Notes: generated by a model not told the origin, from the letters alone. Counted from the whole stretch's first letter, positions 1 to 14,028 are shown. The stretch is DNA of 63,942 bases, filler included, from Octopus bimaculoides (GCF_001194135.2; 6 parts of 6 records of this genome joined end to end with filler, not necessarily neighbours in it), one strand, 5' to 3'. A program made the numbers and translations.

Positions 1-356
1 GGGGGGGCGAATAAACAACAGGAAAACTTGCCGTAAAACCCAACGGCAAATTTATACTTTAAGAATCCTTTGAGATCCCGCTTTCTCTTTATTAACAAAG
101 TGTCATTTTGTTTTTGCTTTCTCTCAGCCGTTTTCAGAGTTTTAGTGGAAACTTCTTTCTAGAAAATCTTTCTCAAGGATCTCTTTACTGCAATAAAGGT
201 TCATTTTAAGTGTAGGAGTTTTCCATAAAGTCTAATATCCACTGTGTATACATGTGTGTATGTATGTGTGTGTGTGTTTATGTATGATACATGAATGTGG
301 GTATATACATATATATATATACACACACATATATATATATTCATGCCTGTATGTGT

Positions 357-414
<58 letters not shown>

Positions 415-428
415 GTGTATGTATGTAC

Positions 429-471
<43 letters not shown>

Positions 472-1312
472 CATACCATATATATGTGTGGGTGGTTGTA
501 TCCACACATATACATACATATATACATACACACGGATGTAAACACAGATAGTTCATAAGTTTGCAAATTTAAAAAAATTTTTTTGTTTTAGAAATTTATC
601 TTCTTGTAAAGACCATTCATTACTATCATCCATTCAGGCATTCGGTTCGTCTGTCAAGCATTCCAGTTTATTAAATCTTTAAAAATCTTTTAAGAGGTAT
701 TTTAATTTCTTTTTTTTTTGTGTTTTTTTTCACTTTGTTTTATTTTTTTGTTGTTTTAATTAATTTGACCAAAAAAAAAAAAAAAAATAACAATCAAACT
801 TCTGCTTTAAAAGTTAAAGAAAGACGAAGTTGCTCTATCAACTAGGAAACGTTGCCTTTAAACTTCCAACAGTCAGCGCTTGCTCCCAAAAAAAGGAGTG
901 TTTTTTTTTAAAACAGAATGCAAATTGATGCCACAAATTTAATTTTGCATTTTTTTTTTATCCACAGTTATTCTAAAGGAGTGCAAAATTGTTATCTCGA
1001 AGAAGATATAAACTTTGATGGCGTTGGTACTGGAGAATTGATTCTAGTTTCAGTTCAAAATGTCAGCAACTGTAAACAAGTGTTAGCCCAATTGTATGGA
1101 GAAGTGAGGAATCCCTCATGCCAATTATGTTTGGCAATCTCCCAACAGACTGGTACTTAACTGAGGAGCTTTGCAAGCTGTAAAATGTAAAACTCTGCTG
1201 CCATAGTAACGAACCAGCGGTAAATTGTCATGTTGTGGTTAAACTAGAGTGTTACGTCTGATCAGAGAGCTGAACAGCTGGTGTACGATCTACGAGTAAA
1301 AAGTTCCATAAG

Positions 1313-1450
1313 CTAAAATTGGTACCATTTTTTGTCTTTATACTTTAACATCAATTGATGGGCTACCTGAGAATAGCTCTCAGCTTGTGCAGTCATCTGT
1401 TGTGTCCGGTCTTCTAGGCCTTCCAGTTTCTCTCCACGTTCATGGAACAA
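1313..1450 (-). CDS. STXBP5: Tomosyn (syntaxin-binding protein 5) terminal coding exon, R-SNARE domain
   Basis: Acceptor ttttttgtag| then LFHERGEKLEGLEDRTQQMTAQAESYSQVAHQLMLKYKDKKWYQF*. This matches the conserved tomosyn C-terminus (..MLKYKDKKWYQF). 138 nt, phase 0. Confidence 0.96.
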   Translation of the reverse strand: MFHERGEKLEGLEDRTQQMTAQAESYSQVAHQLMLKYKDKKWYQF

Positions 1451-1819
1451 CTACAAAAAATAGAGAGAAAAGGTTAAAAATAGCATTGAAAGGTCAAAGG
1501 AAAAAAGTATTTTCATTACTACAACCACAGACAGATAACTAGCTAGCAAGGTATTATATAGGTAAATCCTATTATATAGGTAAATCCTAGCTGTTTCATC
1601 TTGAAGCACATCTGTTTATTCCATTATTACAATCCAATATGTGGTCACAATTGCTGCTGTATGTTAGTCCAAAATACATATTAAAATTGAGAATTATGGA
1701 AATATTATTTGCAGTTATTGTATAACAAAATAGGAAAGTGGAAAATTTTGATATCATTTTGTCCTCTATTGCACATGTTTTATTTGCTAATAGGAATTAC
1801 AAAGTTTTAAATGTCTATA

Positions 1820-2207
1820 GTGGAGGCGCAATGGCCCAGTGGTTAGGGCAGCAGACTCGCGGTCATAGGATCGCGGTTTCGATTCCCAGACCGGGCGTTG
1901 TGAGTGTTTATTGAGCGAAAACACCTAAAGCTCCACGAGGCTCCGGCAGGGGATGGAGGTGAACTCTGCTGTACTCTTCCACCACAACTTTCTCTCACTC
2001 TTACTTCCTGTTTCTGTTGTGCCTGTAATTCAAAGGCTCAGCCTTGTCACTCTGTGTCACACTGAATATCCTTGAGAACTACGTTAAGGGTACACGTGTC
2101 TCTGGAGTGCTCAGTCACTTGCACGTTAATTTCACGAGCAGGCCGTTCCGTTGATTGGATCAACTGGAACTGTTTGACGTCGTAAGCGACAGAGTGCCAA
2201 CAACAAC
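1820..2207 (+). mobile_element. Full-length young tRNA-derived SINE with target-site duplication
   Basis: A box tggcccagtgg, B box gtttcgattcc and (caa)n tail. TSD atgtctata at 1811-1819 and 2208-2216. A partial relative lies at about 24680-24858. Confidence 0.85.
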
Positions 2208-2569
2208 ATGTCTATATAACTTGTAAAACTTAGCAAATGAAATAAGTGTAATGGAGAATAAATGATACTAAAACCATTTCCACTTTCCTGTTTTGTTATA
2301 TAGAAAGACAGAGATGTAGAAAGAGAGAGAAACAGAGCGAGAGAGAGAGAGAGAGAGAGAGAGATTATAAAAGTATTATCTGTTAATTATCCTAAAGAAA
2401 GAAAAAAAGTTAAAAAAATCTGGGAGATAAATTAGTTTAGAAATTTTCTGTGACAAATTACTTACTTGTAAAATAGAATAAGGTTGTGTCCTTCATTTCT
2501 ATGTGATTTGATAATTAGTAATGTAAGTAACGAAGCATTAAAGAAAACTCACAGGAATCCAGTATCATC

Positions 2570-2950
2570 TTTTACTTCTTTCAGTCATTGGACAGTGGCC
2601 ATCCTGGATCACTGCCTTGAAGGGTTTTAGTCAAATGGATTGACCACCCCCAGTACTTATCTATTATTTTTGTTAAGCCAGGTACTTATTCTATTGGTCT
2701 CTTATACTGAAGCACTGAGTTATAGAGATGTAAACAAACCAACACCAGTTGTCAAGTGGTAGTGGAGGACAAGCACAAATGCAAAGACACACACATGATG
2801 GACTTCTGCTTCTTTCAGTTTCTGCCTATCAAAACCACTCATGAGGCTTTGGTTGGTCCAGGGCTATCGCAGAAGATACCTGCCCAAGGTGTCACAGTGG
2901 GACTGGATCCAGAACCATGTAGTTTGAAAGCAAACTTCTCACCACGCCTA
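2570..2950 (-). mobile_element. tRNA-derived SINE (family also at about 14230-14440, 16490-16620, 18830-18990, 19520-19690, 43276-43678, 55490-55830)
   Basis: Shared segments cttgtgagtggatttggtagacggaaactg and gatagaataagtact across copies. Confidence 0.75.
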
Positions 2951-3099
2951 ACTCTATTTCGTCCAACATAATTTTTATATTAAATTTTTACACTAAACAC
3001 AAAATTATCATAAATTTGCGCAGGACAGGAATAATTAGTTGAATTGATTATTATTGTGTTGATAACTCCAGTACTTGACTGGTACTTTATTTTAACCCT

Positions 3100-3428
3100 T
3101 TGGTGCATGGCTCAGTGGTTAAAGCATTGGACTCACAACCATGAGGTAGTGAGTTTGATTTGGGAACCAGGCTGTGTGTTGTGTTCTTGAGCAAGACACT
3201 TTATTTCAAGTTGTCAAAGTTCACTCAGCTGTAGAAATGAGTTGCGATGTTACTGGTGCCAAGCTGTATCAGCCTTTGCCTTTCCCTTGGTGGCATGGAA
3301 AGGGGAAGCTGGTATGCATGGGTGACTGCTGGTCTTCCATAAACAACCTTGCCTGGAATTGTGCCTCAGAGGGGAACTTTCTAGGTGCAATCCCATGGTC
3401 ATTCATGACCAAAGGGGGGGGGGTCTTT
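3100..3428 (+). mobile_element. tRNA-derived SINE (family also at about 11945-12230 minus, 12480-12660 minus, 21440-21780 minus)
   Basis: ggtgcatggctcagtggtt head. Shared cttgagcaagacactttatttca...ggtgcaatcccatggtcattcatgacc body. Confidence 0.8.
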
Positions 3429-3878
3429 AACCTTTATCTGGCCCAAATATTATATCTGTTTTACATTCAAATCAGCCAGATTTAGCCTTTTATACCTACC
3501 TTACAATGTTAATCTAAAAATAGGCAATCACATCCTTAGAATCTCAAAGCTAAGGGATGTATGATTAAATCAAAATAACGTGAATAAAAAAGCATTGTAT
3601 TTGACAGAGTAATCTGAATGCTAAAAGGTTAAAGGCTCTGACATGATCAAAAGAGAAGCTGGGTTCAAATCCTGCCAAAGTCAATTTTGCTTCTTATCTT
3701 TTTGATAGTATTTGAACTCAGAATATAATGGAATGTAAATTAATACCACAAATGTTTTTTTTTTTTTCTCAGGGGCCATCCTGTTTATTAATTAGTGAGA
3801 TAATGAGAAATGCTGATAAAACAGCAAATACAAATGCAGAGAAAAGGAAGAAATGTTGAAAAGTGAAAAGATAGTAAC

Positions 3879-4000
3879 CTGTTTTGTTCGAGCCACTTCA
3901 CCGCCAACTGATGTAGACTGGGCTGTGAGATGATGCATACCGCCAGAGCCAGCAATAAATTTGGCCATACCTTTTGCAGCTTTTCCACTGGTCTCACCGA
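3879..4000 (-). CDS. STXBP5: Tomosyn exon (FGETSGKAAKGMAKFIAGSGGMHHLTAQSTSVGGEVARTKQ)
   Basis: tttcag| acceptor and cag|gttact donor. 122 nt, phase 1 to 0, in frame with both neighbours. Resembles the tomosyn FGE..GKA..LA..I.G.GG linker. Confidence 0.93.
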
Positions 4001-6928
4001 CTGAAATTTGGGATGATAAAAATATTTGAACAACACAACGTCATAAAATATATGCACTGCATATTGCCCCTCTACTAAATTCTATCTCATCTGGTCTGAG
4101 GCCCAAGATCTAAACTTACCACATCATCTTATATGTTTCTCTATCACTAATACCTTGTATTTAGCACACCATTTTGTTGTCTTTAAGTAGATGTCGTCCT
4201 TAAGGTTCAATCACTTTGTCAAGGCGTCAGTACTCCAGACTGTATGAAAGTTACTACTATATTCAACTAATCACACTTGAATCATTCCCCCTCCCACAGA
4301 TTTTGCACATTCAAAGTTCCATGCGCCATCATCATCATCATCATCAGTTAAGATCTGTTTTTTCCATGCTGATATGGGTTGCACAGTTTGACAGGATCTA
4401 TGCAAGCTGTAGGGCTGTGCTGAGTTCCAAAGTCAGCTTTGGCATGGTTTCTATGGCTGGATACTCTTCCATACACCAACCACATTACAGCGTACTGGGT
4501 ATTTTACTTTTGTACCACTTGTATGCCGTCAAACACGGGTATACCACAAAGAGTATCCAGTGTATTGCAGATTTTTAAAAAATAAACTTCAAGGCTTTAG
4601 AAAATCTATATCAATGCTTGGAAATCTTGAAAAAACAAAAAAATAAAACCCTATAATTTAGTTATACACAAGTATAATAAATAAAACAAAATAAACAATA
4701 GATTTCTGCATTATTTCCCCCTAAACTTTCAACTTTAAAACATGGCTTTAAAGATATTTCAATACAAAGTACATCTGTAATTTTAACCTTCCAGAGAAAG
4801 AGTGTCTGTAATTCTTTGATCTCCATTTCACTACAAAGTCAAAAAGATTTGAGACCCTGGAATAGTTTTACATTTCTTATACATACTTTGGTCTACCTCC
4901 ATTTGCAGTTCCCACAGCTTTTCTACATTCCATGCTCCATTACCAACTAGCAGACTTTTTTCCAATCTGCCTTTCTTAGTTTCCACAGATCTTCACATCT
5001 AATGCTCCATATTTTACTATCATCGTTCTTTTTACTGTTTGCATGTTGGGGGGGGGGGGAAGAAACAAACTTTTGTTGCCCACTAAGGTTGCAACTCTCT
5101 AATGATAATGACTTATAAGAAAGGCACAAAGACACATTTACAAAAAAAGGGATTTAGTTGAAGTAATGGTGTCTGACTTTCTGGAACTTATTTAATCAAA
5201 GTTTGAAGAATGAGAGACTAAGGTTATGCAGGTGACAATTTGAACTTAATTGTGTGCTAGGCTTCATAACTTGTAGAATTTGGTTACATTTATAGTGACA
5301 CCACTTTGACTACTGATATTTTAATTCATTCTCGTCATGTGTGTAGTTTTGACCAATCAGAGATGAGTAATCTATGGAGCCCAATCTCTCTATAAACACA
5401 TGTGAAAACTTTACTCATCGCTTCCTTTTTGGGTTGACAGCATTTATTTGACACAAGCAAGTCTTCCCCAGTTTCTAACATTTTATTCTGACAGCAATCA
5501 CATGTCAAGGTTTATTTTGCTCACATTAGTTCTCTTGATAACAGTTCATTTTTATTTCAGCATACCCTCAATGTTAGTTTAACCATTAACTGTATAGCAT
5601 TTAAACTAGCCATATCCAGCCAAATATTGTATCTGTTTTATGCTCAAGCTGTCAAGATCTAGCCTCTTACACCTACCCTACAATGTAATTCTAAAAATAT
5701 ACAATAACACCATCAAAATCTCAAAGCTATGAGAAAAAGTATGATTAATTCAAAACAATGTGAATAAATAAATATTAAATTTAACAGAATAATCTGAATG
5801 CTAAAGAGTTAAACACCACACACACACACATACTTGACTGACTTTTCTTCATATGTTAACCATATATTTATTTGCAAACATTGAACTAGCAATGCAAATA
5901 ATTACATTGGCAAGAAAACATGAAAATATCTATGTACATTGTTCATAACATTTCTACAACATCCATTATTTAAATGACTTATCAATGAACATTTCCACAC
6001 TTTTATGTTTACACTTCTATGGTTGCAAATAAATATATAGAATTTTCCATGTTTGTATTCTATATTTAACCTGTACTCTTAAACCACGTGCTGTAGAACT
6101 ACTTTACATTTATAACACTAACAAGAGCTACTGAGATCTATTTTCCCATTTTCCCTGTTGCTAAATAGAAAAAAAATTAAGGAAAATTATATACAGCAAA
6201 GTTTAGTTGTTACATGTATGAATGAACCCTATATACATATTTTATATTCCTGTTTTTGCTACTTGGATGCACTCCAGGTCCATAATAATAATAATAACAA
6301 GAGCACTCAAAGAGTGCAAACCTCTGCCAAGGCAACACCAATGTCATCTCAATGATTAGCCTGAGATGATTTTTTAAATGAGAATATCTAAAATGAACTC
6401 GACTGCTCTCACAAATGAGAATACTAAAAATAAACCTGTCTGCTCTTAAAAATTAAGTGAGAAAACAGGAAAAATAATCCAGAATCGTTGTCTGGTACCA
6501 GATCGATTCCAAAATCTAATCAGTTTGTGCCAGTCACGAGGCCAAACATCTCTGAAAGTTTCATTTGAATCCATCTTGTCCATGGACAAACAAACACAAC
6601 TGAAAACAATACCTCCATCTTTGCTAAGGCAGAGGTAATAATCCCTTCTACTATAGTCACAAGGCCCGAAATTTTGAGAGAGGGGACCAGTCAATTACAT
6701 TGACCCCAGTGTTTATCTGGTACTCATTTTATTGGCCCCAAAAGAATGAAAGATAAAGTTGATCTTGGCAGAATTTGAACTCAGAATGTGGAGATGGATG
6801 AAATGTAACTAAGCATTTTGGCAGGCATGCTAATGCTTCTGCCATCTCACTGCCTCCATAATAATGATGATGATATGATGATGATGATGATGGATTTATT
6901 TTGAAGAAGAGTGGAGTGAACTACTTAC

Positions 6929-7053
6929 ATAATTCTTCTCTGTCAACAGTAACACTACCACCACCAAATAGGTTTTTGAAAAATCCTTGTTTAGGTGCTT
7001 CTGGAGTTTCACATGGCAGGAAAAGATCACCAAGCATTTCATTAAGATTTTGT
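6929..7053 (-). CDS. STXBP5: Tomosyn exon (QNLNEMLGDLFLPCETPEAPKQGFFKNLFGGGSVTVDREEL)
   Basis: ctttcag| acceptor and |gtaagt donor. 125 nt, phase 2 to 1. Carries the conserved ETPEAP..GFFK.LFGGG..DREEL motif. Confidence 0.96.
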
Positions 7054-8265
7054 CTGAAAGAATGAAAGAAAGACACACTGAACTGATTAATTCATTGATA
7101 TCAATTTCTAACTATCAACAGCTACAAATGTATACTTTGACATTTAAATTGGTCATATCTGGCCCTTATATATTTTACCGGTTATATGCTCAAATGGACC
7201 TGATCTGGTTTCACACAGAAGCTATGAGATAATGCGAATAAATAACCATTACATTTAACAAAATAATTTGCATGCTAAAGGATTAAAATACGAAAGAAGT
7301 TTTGTAGTTGTCATTACAATGGACACAGTTAAGGGACATAACTGCTTGACCCAGTCTGTTCTGAGTAACAGAATATTCTCTTATCTCACCCACAGCTGAA
7401 TTGTTTGGCAGTGGAAGTAATGCTATCAAGAACTCAAACTTTATAGCTGCCATCACATTGTGTCCCCCGGTTCCCATATACAAGGGGAGTAACTCAGCAT
7501 ACTTCACTGACAGACTGAACAAAAACCCACTCCACCAACTTATGCAAGCAAAGAAAGATGGATTGCATTTAATGTTTCATCAACATCTTTATTGTCACAG
7601 TCACATTGACAAAAAACATTTTAAGTACAGCAGCTAATTATTTGAAATGTTAATTTTTTATCAGACAAAACTTTCAGTAGAGTTAAGTGTCTTTGTCCAG
7701 GGAGCTCTTTTTTTAGGGAAAGCAGTAAAATGTTCACAGTTTGATCAGTTCATTTCAACAAAAATTTTTCTGATTAGTTTTGAAGCCAATTTTTCAGAGA
7801 AGATTATAGTCATATGAATTAACTCCTACTTATTCCGTTTCTCCAAGAAGGATGACAAAAGTGAAATCTTACAGAAATGATTCAAATATGTCAGGTGAAG
7901 CTAGACATTTTCTAAAAAATTTTTACGGACCATATTTCAGTTGACAGTACCCAGTTCATATAGTTTTACACATTACTAACCCTGTTTCTATACATAATAC
8001 ATGGATGAAAATTATTCAGAGTTGTGTGGTAGTTTGGTAACAACTAAAAATCACATAAAAAGTACAAATATTTAAAAACTTCCTTTGGCAATTAATTTCA
8101 AAATTTTAATGTTAACATTTCAAAAGTTTACTGACATTGAAGTCAAAATTTTAAATCTTCTAACAACAGTGTCACAATTATATAATTTCCACTGATTGTT
8201 CATCAAGAAAATAGATCCTTCGGTAGAATTTAATCATTAAATGAGAATAGTTTGAGTTGACTTAC

Positions 8266-8361
8266 CTCATTTCAGCAGAATAAGTAACTTTTTGAAGTTC
8301 TGTAGGCGTACAAAGATACATAGCATGACCATTGTTGCTGAAGCAGAAGGTTCGTGCAACT
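8266..8361 (-). CDS. STXBP5: Tomosyn exon (VARTFCFSNNGHAMYLCTPTELQKVTYSAEM)
   Basis: cccacag| acceptor and |gtaagt donor. 96 nt, phase 2 to 2. Conserved R.ARTFCF.N.G motif of the Lgl/tomosyn C-terminal domain. Confidence 0.95.
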
Positions 8362-9569
8362 CTGTGGGAATATAGAAAAGAAAAAGAAAGAGAAACAGCA
8401 ATGTAGTTACTTCATATTAAAAATGAAAGAATTCCTCTTTGGTGTGAAGTTAATGGAAAGTAAAGGTAGCACAGTAGAAAGTGAAGAATGAATGAATCTA
8501 TCTCTATCTTTATACATCTGTCTATGTTTATATATGTCTATCTGTTGGTCTGTCTGTCTGTTTTATGCCCATTTTCTCATTAATGAATACATTATTGAGG
8601 CAACAGGTTTACAGCTGGATGCACTTCCTTCCTTGAACATTAACCTGTCTTTTAAGTAAAAGATCTTTTGTTTCACAAATCTTTTGAAAGTGTGAAATAA
8701 ACAAGTGATTTGTTGACAGGAGAATTTACAAGAAAGAACACTGTTTCACACAACCCAAATATAAACACACATACACACACACACATATGTGTGTGTGATG
8801 AGCTTCTTTCAGTTTGGTTTTACCAAATTCAATCATAGAATTTTGGGCAGCTTAAGTCTATAGAAGATACTTGCTCAAGGTGGTGAGCAGTGGGAACTTA
8901 AAGCTATGTGGTCGAGAAGCAAACTTCTTAACTCCACAACTATTACTCAGAGATGTTATCTCTGGATGAATACTACAGTAAATTGCTTTTCAACAATGTG
9001 TATACATCAATATATAAATGATTATTTAAATTTAATACTGTTCCTATTGCATATAATGGATTTCTATTCAGTGGGGCAGTTATTTGCAATATCAGTGAAA
9101 GTTTATTCCCTATTTCCTATGTATTGGAGGTGACGAATCTTACTTATGTATGTGACTGTCTGTGAGTACATTACGCTGACAAGTCCTAACAAGGCTGAAA
9201 AGCATTTGGTGTTCTTGCTAGTTGCTGCTGGGATTATTTTCATCTCCCTCTGGTATATTTTGTATTTTTAAACTTGGTATGTCCATAAGAGATATTATTT
9301 GTACAGTACTAATGTATTTACATGAAATATGGTACATAAATAGCTATAAAATTTTAATTTTGCTATAATTTTCCTCTGATATATTTGCGAATATACAGCT
9401 GTGATGTGTCAGCAGAAAGAAAGAAAGTTGTACAGAATGAAAGATGTACAGAATGGATGAATGAATAATATACAGAATGGAATCATGAAACATATACAGA
9501 ATGAAAGAATTAAACAGAAAGAGAAAGGAAGAATAAAAGATGTACAAAATGGAAGAACTCAGAACTTAC

Positions 9570-9678
9570 CTTATCTCAGTGAGAGGCTGGAATGGAGCGT
9601 CCATTAAGGGTTTTAGACTGGGTAAACTGAAGGTTACGATGCGACCATTTGCAACATAACACGCAAGACAGACACTAT
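9570..9678 (-). CDS. STXBP5: Tomosyn exon (SVCLACYVANGRIVTFSLPSLKPLMDAPFQPLTEI)
   Basis: cttacag| acceptor and |gtaagt donor. 109 nt, phase 1 to 2. Conserved CLAC..NG.I..FSLPSL.PL motif. Confidence 0.95.
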
Positions 9679-9695
9679 CTGTAAGAGGTAGATGT

Positions 9696-9749
<54 letters not shown>

Positions 9750-10445
9750 CCTTTCTACTAAAGGCACAAGGCCTGAAATTTTGGGGAGTGGGGCTAGTTG
9801 ATTACATTAACTCCAATGCTCAACTGGTACTTGTTTCATCAACCCTGAAAGGATGGAAGGCAAATTTGACCTCAATAGAATTAGAACTCAGTACGTAAAG
9901 CCAGAAGAAATATCACAAAGCATTTCATCAATAATAATAATAATTATTATTATTATTATTAGTAGTAGTAGTAGTGGTAATGGTGAGTTTATTATTAAAA
10001 AAAAAACACTTATAAAAAATGTTTAGTTTTAAGATTTGTGTGCAGAATGAAAGATTTCTATGAAAATTTTTAGTTTCTGCTATAAATTTGAAATTGTCGA
10101 GTGATAAAATAGAACTTTTAAAAACTGAATAGAAAAAAAAAAAAAAATTAAAAATCTCTGATAAATTAAAAGTAGGATGGTTGCACTATTTAGGACAGAA
10201 TCTTATGGAGAAAAAGGGAGTTCACTTGGCACGTGAATTCAAAATTTAAAATTCAATTTAAAAAATAAACATTTGAAAGCTTATCTTATTTCATTAAAAT
10301 TAATGGCTTTTCTAATTAAATTTTGAATATGATTAAAATTTGAAGATGAAGTTGTATTGGTAAAATATTTTAAAGTTTTTCCCTCCATCATTAGCTCTCA
10401 GGTTTGCTTGGTGATACAATCATTCCAGTTTTATCACATAGCCCT

Positions 10446-10666
10446 TTAAACCTTTTAGCATTTAAATTGGCCATATCCAATAATCTATCTGTTTTATGTT
10501 CAAACCAGCATAATCAGGCCTCTTACACTTACCCTATAATGCCATTCTAAAAATAAACAATTGCATCATTGAATTCTTGAAGCTACGAGATAATGCATGA
10601 TTAATTCAAAACAGTCAATAAGTGAGCCTTAAATTTAACAGAGTAATCTGAATGCTAAAGGGTTAA
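10446..10666. mobile_element. piggyBac-like MITE (other copies about 3427-3632 and 5586-5811)
   Basis: Terminal inverted repeats (t)taaaccttttagcatt ... aatgctaaagggttaa with TTAA-like flanks. About 220 bp, non-coding, three copies in the window. Confidence 0.65.
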
Positions 10667-11036
10667 TGTAGAAACCAAATGTATCCACTCAAAATTTTAT
10701 TGATGTTAAATAAGGAAAGTAGTTTTACATACCAATCTCTCATTTATTAAGGTATGTCATGTTTGTAACCATCTCTTATTGAGGTACATCATGGTTATTA
10801 TGAGACAATGTGACTCTCAAAGAATACCAATCCTATATTTTGGTGGATAATCAACATTGTTACAGGAATGACCATAATTTTGTGCAATTTAAGGAGTATC
10901 TTTTACTTGGAGAGTGACCATGCTGGGGCACAACCTCAGAGGGGTTTTAATTGAACAAATTGACCTCAGTAATTGATTTGTGTGTGTGTGTGTGTGTGTG
11001 TGTTTTTTGAGTTTGGTACTTATTCTATCAGTCTCT

Positions 11037-11250
11037 CTACAGAAGCTTCTCAAGGGAGCCAAAAGCCTTTGTAGCAGACTGTATTCGCCTCTCAGCAGGC
11101 TTTTTTTTTAGTTTCCATCTGTTAAATCCATTTGCATGGCTTTGGTCAGCCCATGATAGAAGACGCTTGTCTAAGGTACCGTGCAGTAAGACTGAATCCA
11201 AGACGACATGGTTGGAAAGCAAGATTCTTATCCACATAGCCATGCCTGCA
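11037..11250 (-). mobile_element. RTE-clade LINE fragment in a tomosyn intron
   Basis: RRIQSATKAFGSL resembles the RTE post-RT RI..A..AFG.L motif. Confidence 0.55.
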
Positions 11251-11349
11251 CCTAATCAATTTTGCAACAATTCCAAAGCTGACACCCATCCTCTCCTCTC
11301 CCCTCACATTGTTACACACTCCACAAAAGACTGGGACATATAAACTTAC

Positions 11350-11440
11350 CTTTGATTGACACAATCTCTGATTTAACAACAAAAGAAGTTTCTGTGATCT
11401 TCACCTTGTATGCACACGTCTGAGAAGGTAAGGACATAAC
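11350..11440 (-). CDS. STXBP5: Tomosyn exon (VMSLPSQTCAYKVKITETSFVVKSEIVSIK)
   Basis: gtttccag| acceptor and |gtaagt donor. 91 nt, phase 0 to 1. Conserved V.SLP.Q.C.YK..ITETSFV motif. Confidence 0.95.
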
Positions 11441-12949
11441 CTGGAAACAAACAAAGGGGCAGAAATGTCAGTATCTTGCTTGTACAGAGAGAAAGAACAG
11501 CAGACATTTAAGATGTATATCAACAAGAGACAATGAAGAGCTATGAGGACACCAACAACAGGTACAGCCTAGTGGTTATGATATTTATTTCACAACCATA
11601 AGGAACTGGATTTGATTCCACTGTGTAGCATCTTGTGTTAGTGCAGTTACCATAGATTCAGGATGACCCAAGTGCTGTAAGCAATTTTGGGAAAATGGAG
11701 ACAGTGTAGAAGCCCAATAGATGGATTGTACCTGTAATTCAGAGGTACAACTTTGTCAGGCACTAGTTGCAGTCTGTGACAAGGTTGTGTGACAAAGTGT
11801 CAGTGATTCTACCTGAGAACTGCATTAAGGCTATCTGTCTATGGAATATTCAGCCACTAGTATGCTAATTCAAGGAGTTGGCAGACTATCTGGATGGTCT
11901 TACATTGAAATTGATACAACAAGAGTTCATCATATATTTAAAAGTAAAATAAAGATCCCTTTTGGTCATGAATGACTATGGGATTGCACCTAGAAAGTTC
12001 CCTTCCAAGGCACAAGTCTGGGCAAGATTGTTTATGGAAGACCAACAGTCGCCCATGCACACTAGCTTTCCTTCTCCATACTACTGATTTTATCCAAGCG
12101 AAAAACAAAGGCCAATACAGCTTGGTACCAGTGATGTTGCAACTCACTTTTGTAGCTGAGTGAACTGGAGTAACATGAAATAAAGTAACTTGCTCAAGAA
12201 CTCAGCACACTGCCCTGTCCGGGAAACAAACTCACTATTTCATAATAACAAATAAAGAAGAAATACACAATTGACAGGTGACAAACTGGCAGAGTTGTTA
12301 GAGCACCAGATATCTTTCAAGAAGAAAATCATTTATAGTAAGTACATTACATTTAGGTTCTTTTTACTTAAACTATCAATACACTTAATATTGATTTAGT
12401 ATTGGATAATTAGTCTACATTACTCTAAAAGGACCATAGGGCTGGTTTCCCAGTTTCTCTGATGCTTTTATATTCCTCCCTGGATGGGACACCAGTCTGT
12501 TGCAGGATTACTCATTTTTACTAGCAGAGTGGACCAGAGTAGAGTGAAATAAGGTGTTTTGCTCAAGAACACAACACATTGCCTGATCCAGGAATCGAAA
12601 CCACAGCCCTACGATAATGAGTCCAACACCCTAACCACTAAGCCATACACCTCTACAACTTGCTATTGGATATTTTCTTTATTGTTTGTCTAACTTATAT
12701 ACTGCTTCTTTAGCCATGCATGCATTCATTCTACTCTTTGTTCTTATTTTATATTTGCCTTCTAATACAGTAATGGGTCAGACAGTTTGTTAGGAGTCAG
12801 TGGATTGCATTGAGCCCTAATGTCTCAGTTTCAGCAGGTTGTCTATGGTTGGAAACCCATTCTAATACCATTCACTTTACAGAGTGTACTGTGTGTTTTT
12901 ATTTGTGGTACAAAGTTTTCTTCTGACAGGCAAGACTAAAGAACTGCCA

Positions 12950-13450
12950 TGACACAAAAGGGAATAGAACAGTGTGATGACTTTAAAATAATGATATTGG
13001 AAAATTTTCCAAGGGTACATTCTGCATGAGAAAAATATAGCTAAGTGCAGACAACCATACTTCAGATAATCCAGTGCATTTAAGAACATGAAAATGACAA
13101 AGGACTCTCTTGAACACTGAAGAGAGAGATATATTATCAAATATGTATGGAAAATCCTGGAAGGGCAATCCACACTTTGGCATTAGAGAAAATTTTAATG
13201 CATGAACTGGTAGAGAGTCAGCTTCCAAATATATCACCTTTGAAATTATGAACAAAAGCACTTTATTGTACCAGTCTGATATTTAGAGGTCTTCAATTGC
13301 TCAAATGCCTACCTAAATAAATCAGAAATATAAAAGGGACCACCACCGAAGCATTAAAAAATACATTGGATCAACTCCTAACAACAATAGTGTATCAGCC
13401 CACCATTCAAAGATACACTCAAGGAAGATCAGCTTCTTGCCATAAAGTGA
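12950..13450 (+). mobile_element. Decayed CR1/L2-type LINE 3' fragment
   Basis: SLEH*RERYIIKYVWKILEG resembles the LYSLERRRERY.I.Y.WKILEG C-terminal motif. Confidence 0.5.
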
Positions 13451-13927
13451 CAACAAAACTGAAAGAAAATAAATTAAGGCAGTGCTCCAGCATGGCTGCA
13501 ATACTACAACTGAAAAAAAATAAAAGAATATAACTTTGGCAAATAGTAACATAAATGATTTTCATTAGAATATGCTAGTTTTATTGTTTTTCTCATCAAT
13601 GTTTACATCATTGAAAGTTGTGCATGCATGATGGGCTTCCATATAGTTTCCACAATTTATATATCTCTCAAACACCATAAATGCAATAAACCTGTTACTA
13701 ATGTGTTAGAAATCTATCATTAACAATGGTGTCTTGTTCACAAGTGCACAATATATAAAAAAAAGATTTTTAAACCCAATAAACATGCAAACAGTTAGAT
13801 AGATAACAGTTTATGTAAATAAATAAAGTTGATGTATATAAAGAAAATAGAAAAAAAAAAAACTGTAAAATATTCAAAACAAAACAATTACACAGAAGGA
13901 GAAGGTGAAATAAATTAAGATACGTAC

Positions 13928-14028
13928 TCTTGCTTGTTTTTCTGAACAGATTATTGCAAATTGCCGATCACTAACTTCTAAAACTGTCGTTGGGGACACT
14001 TTTTTATAGTTTATCCCAGCATTGGTTT
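13928..14028 (-). CDS. STXBP5: Tomosyn exon (TNAGINYKKVSPTTVLEVSDRQFAIICSEKQAR)
   Basis: aga|gtacgt donor and conserved ..Q.A.ICSEKQA. motif. The acceptor aattccag| is inferred, so the 5' boundary is less certain. Confidence 0.88.

Noticed and set aside
201-566. Many ORFs of YI/HT/CV/SL/N/L repeats here and throughout the ORF track
   Set aside because: They are translations of (TA)n, (CA)n, (GA)n, (TAGA)n and (AAT)n microsatellites or of N gaps, and are not proteins.
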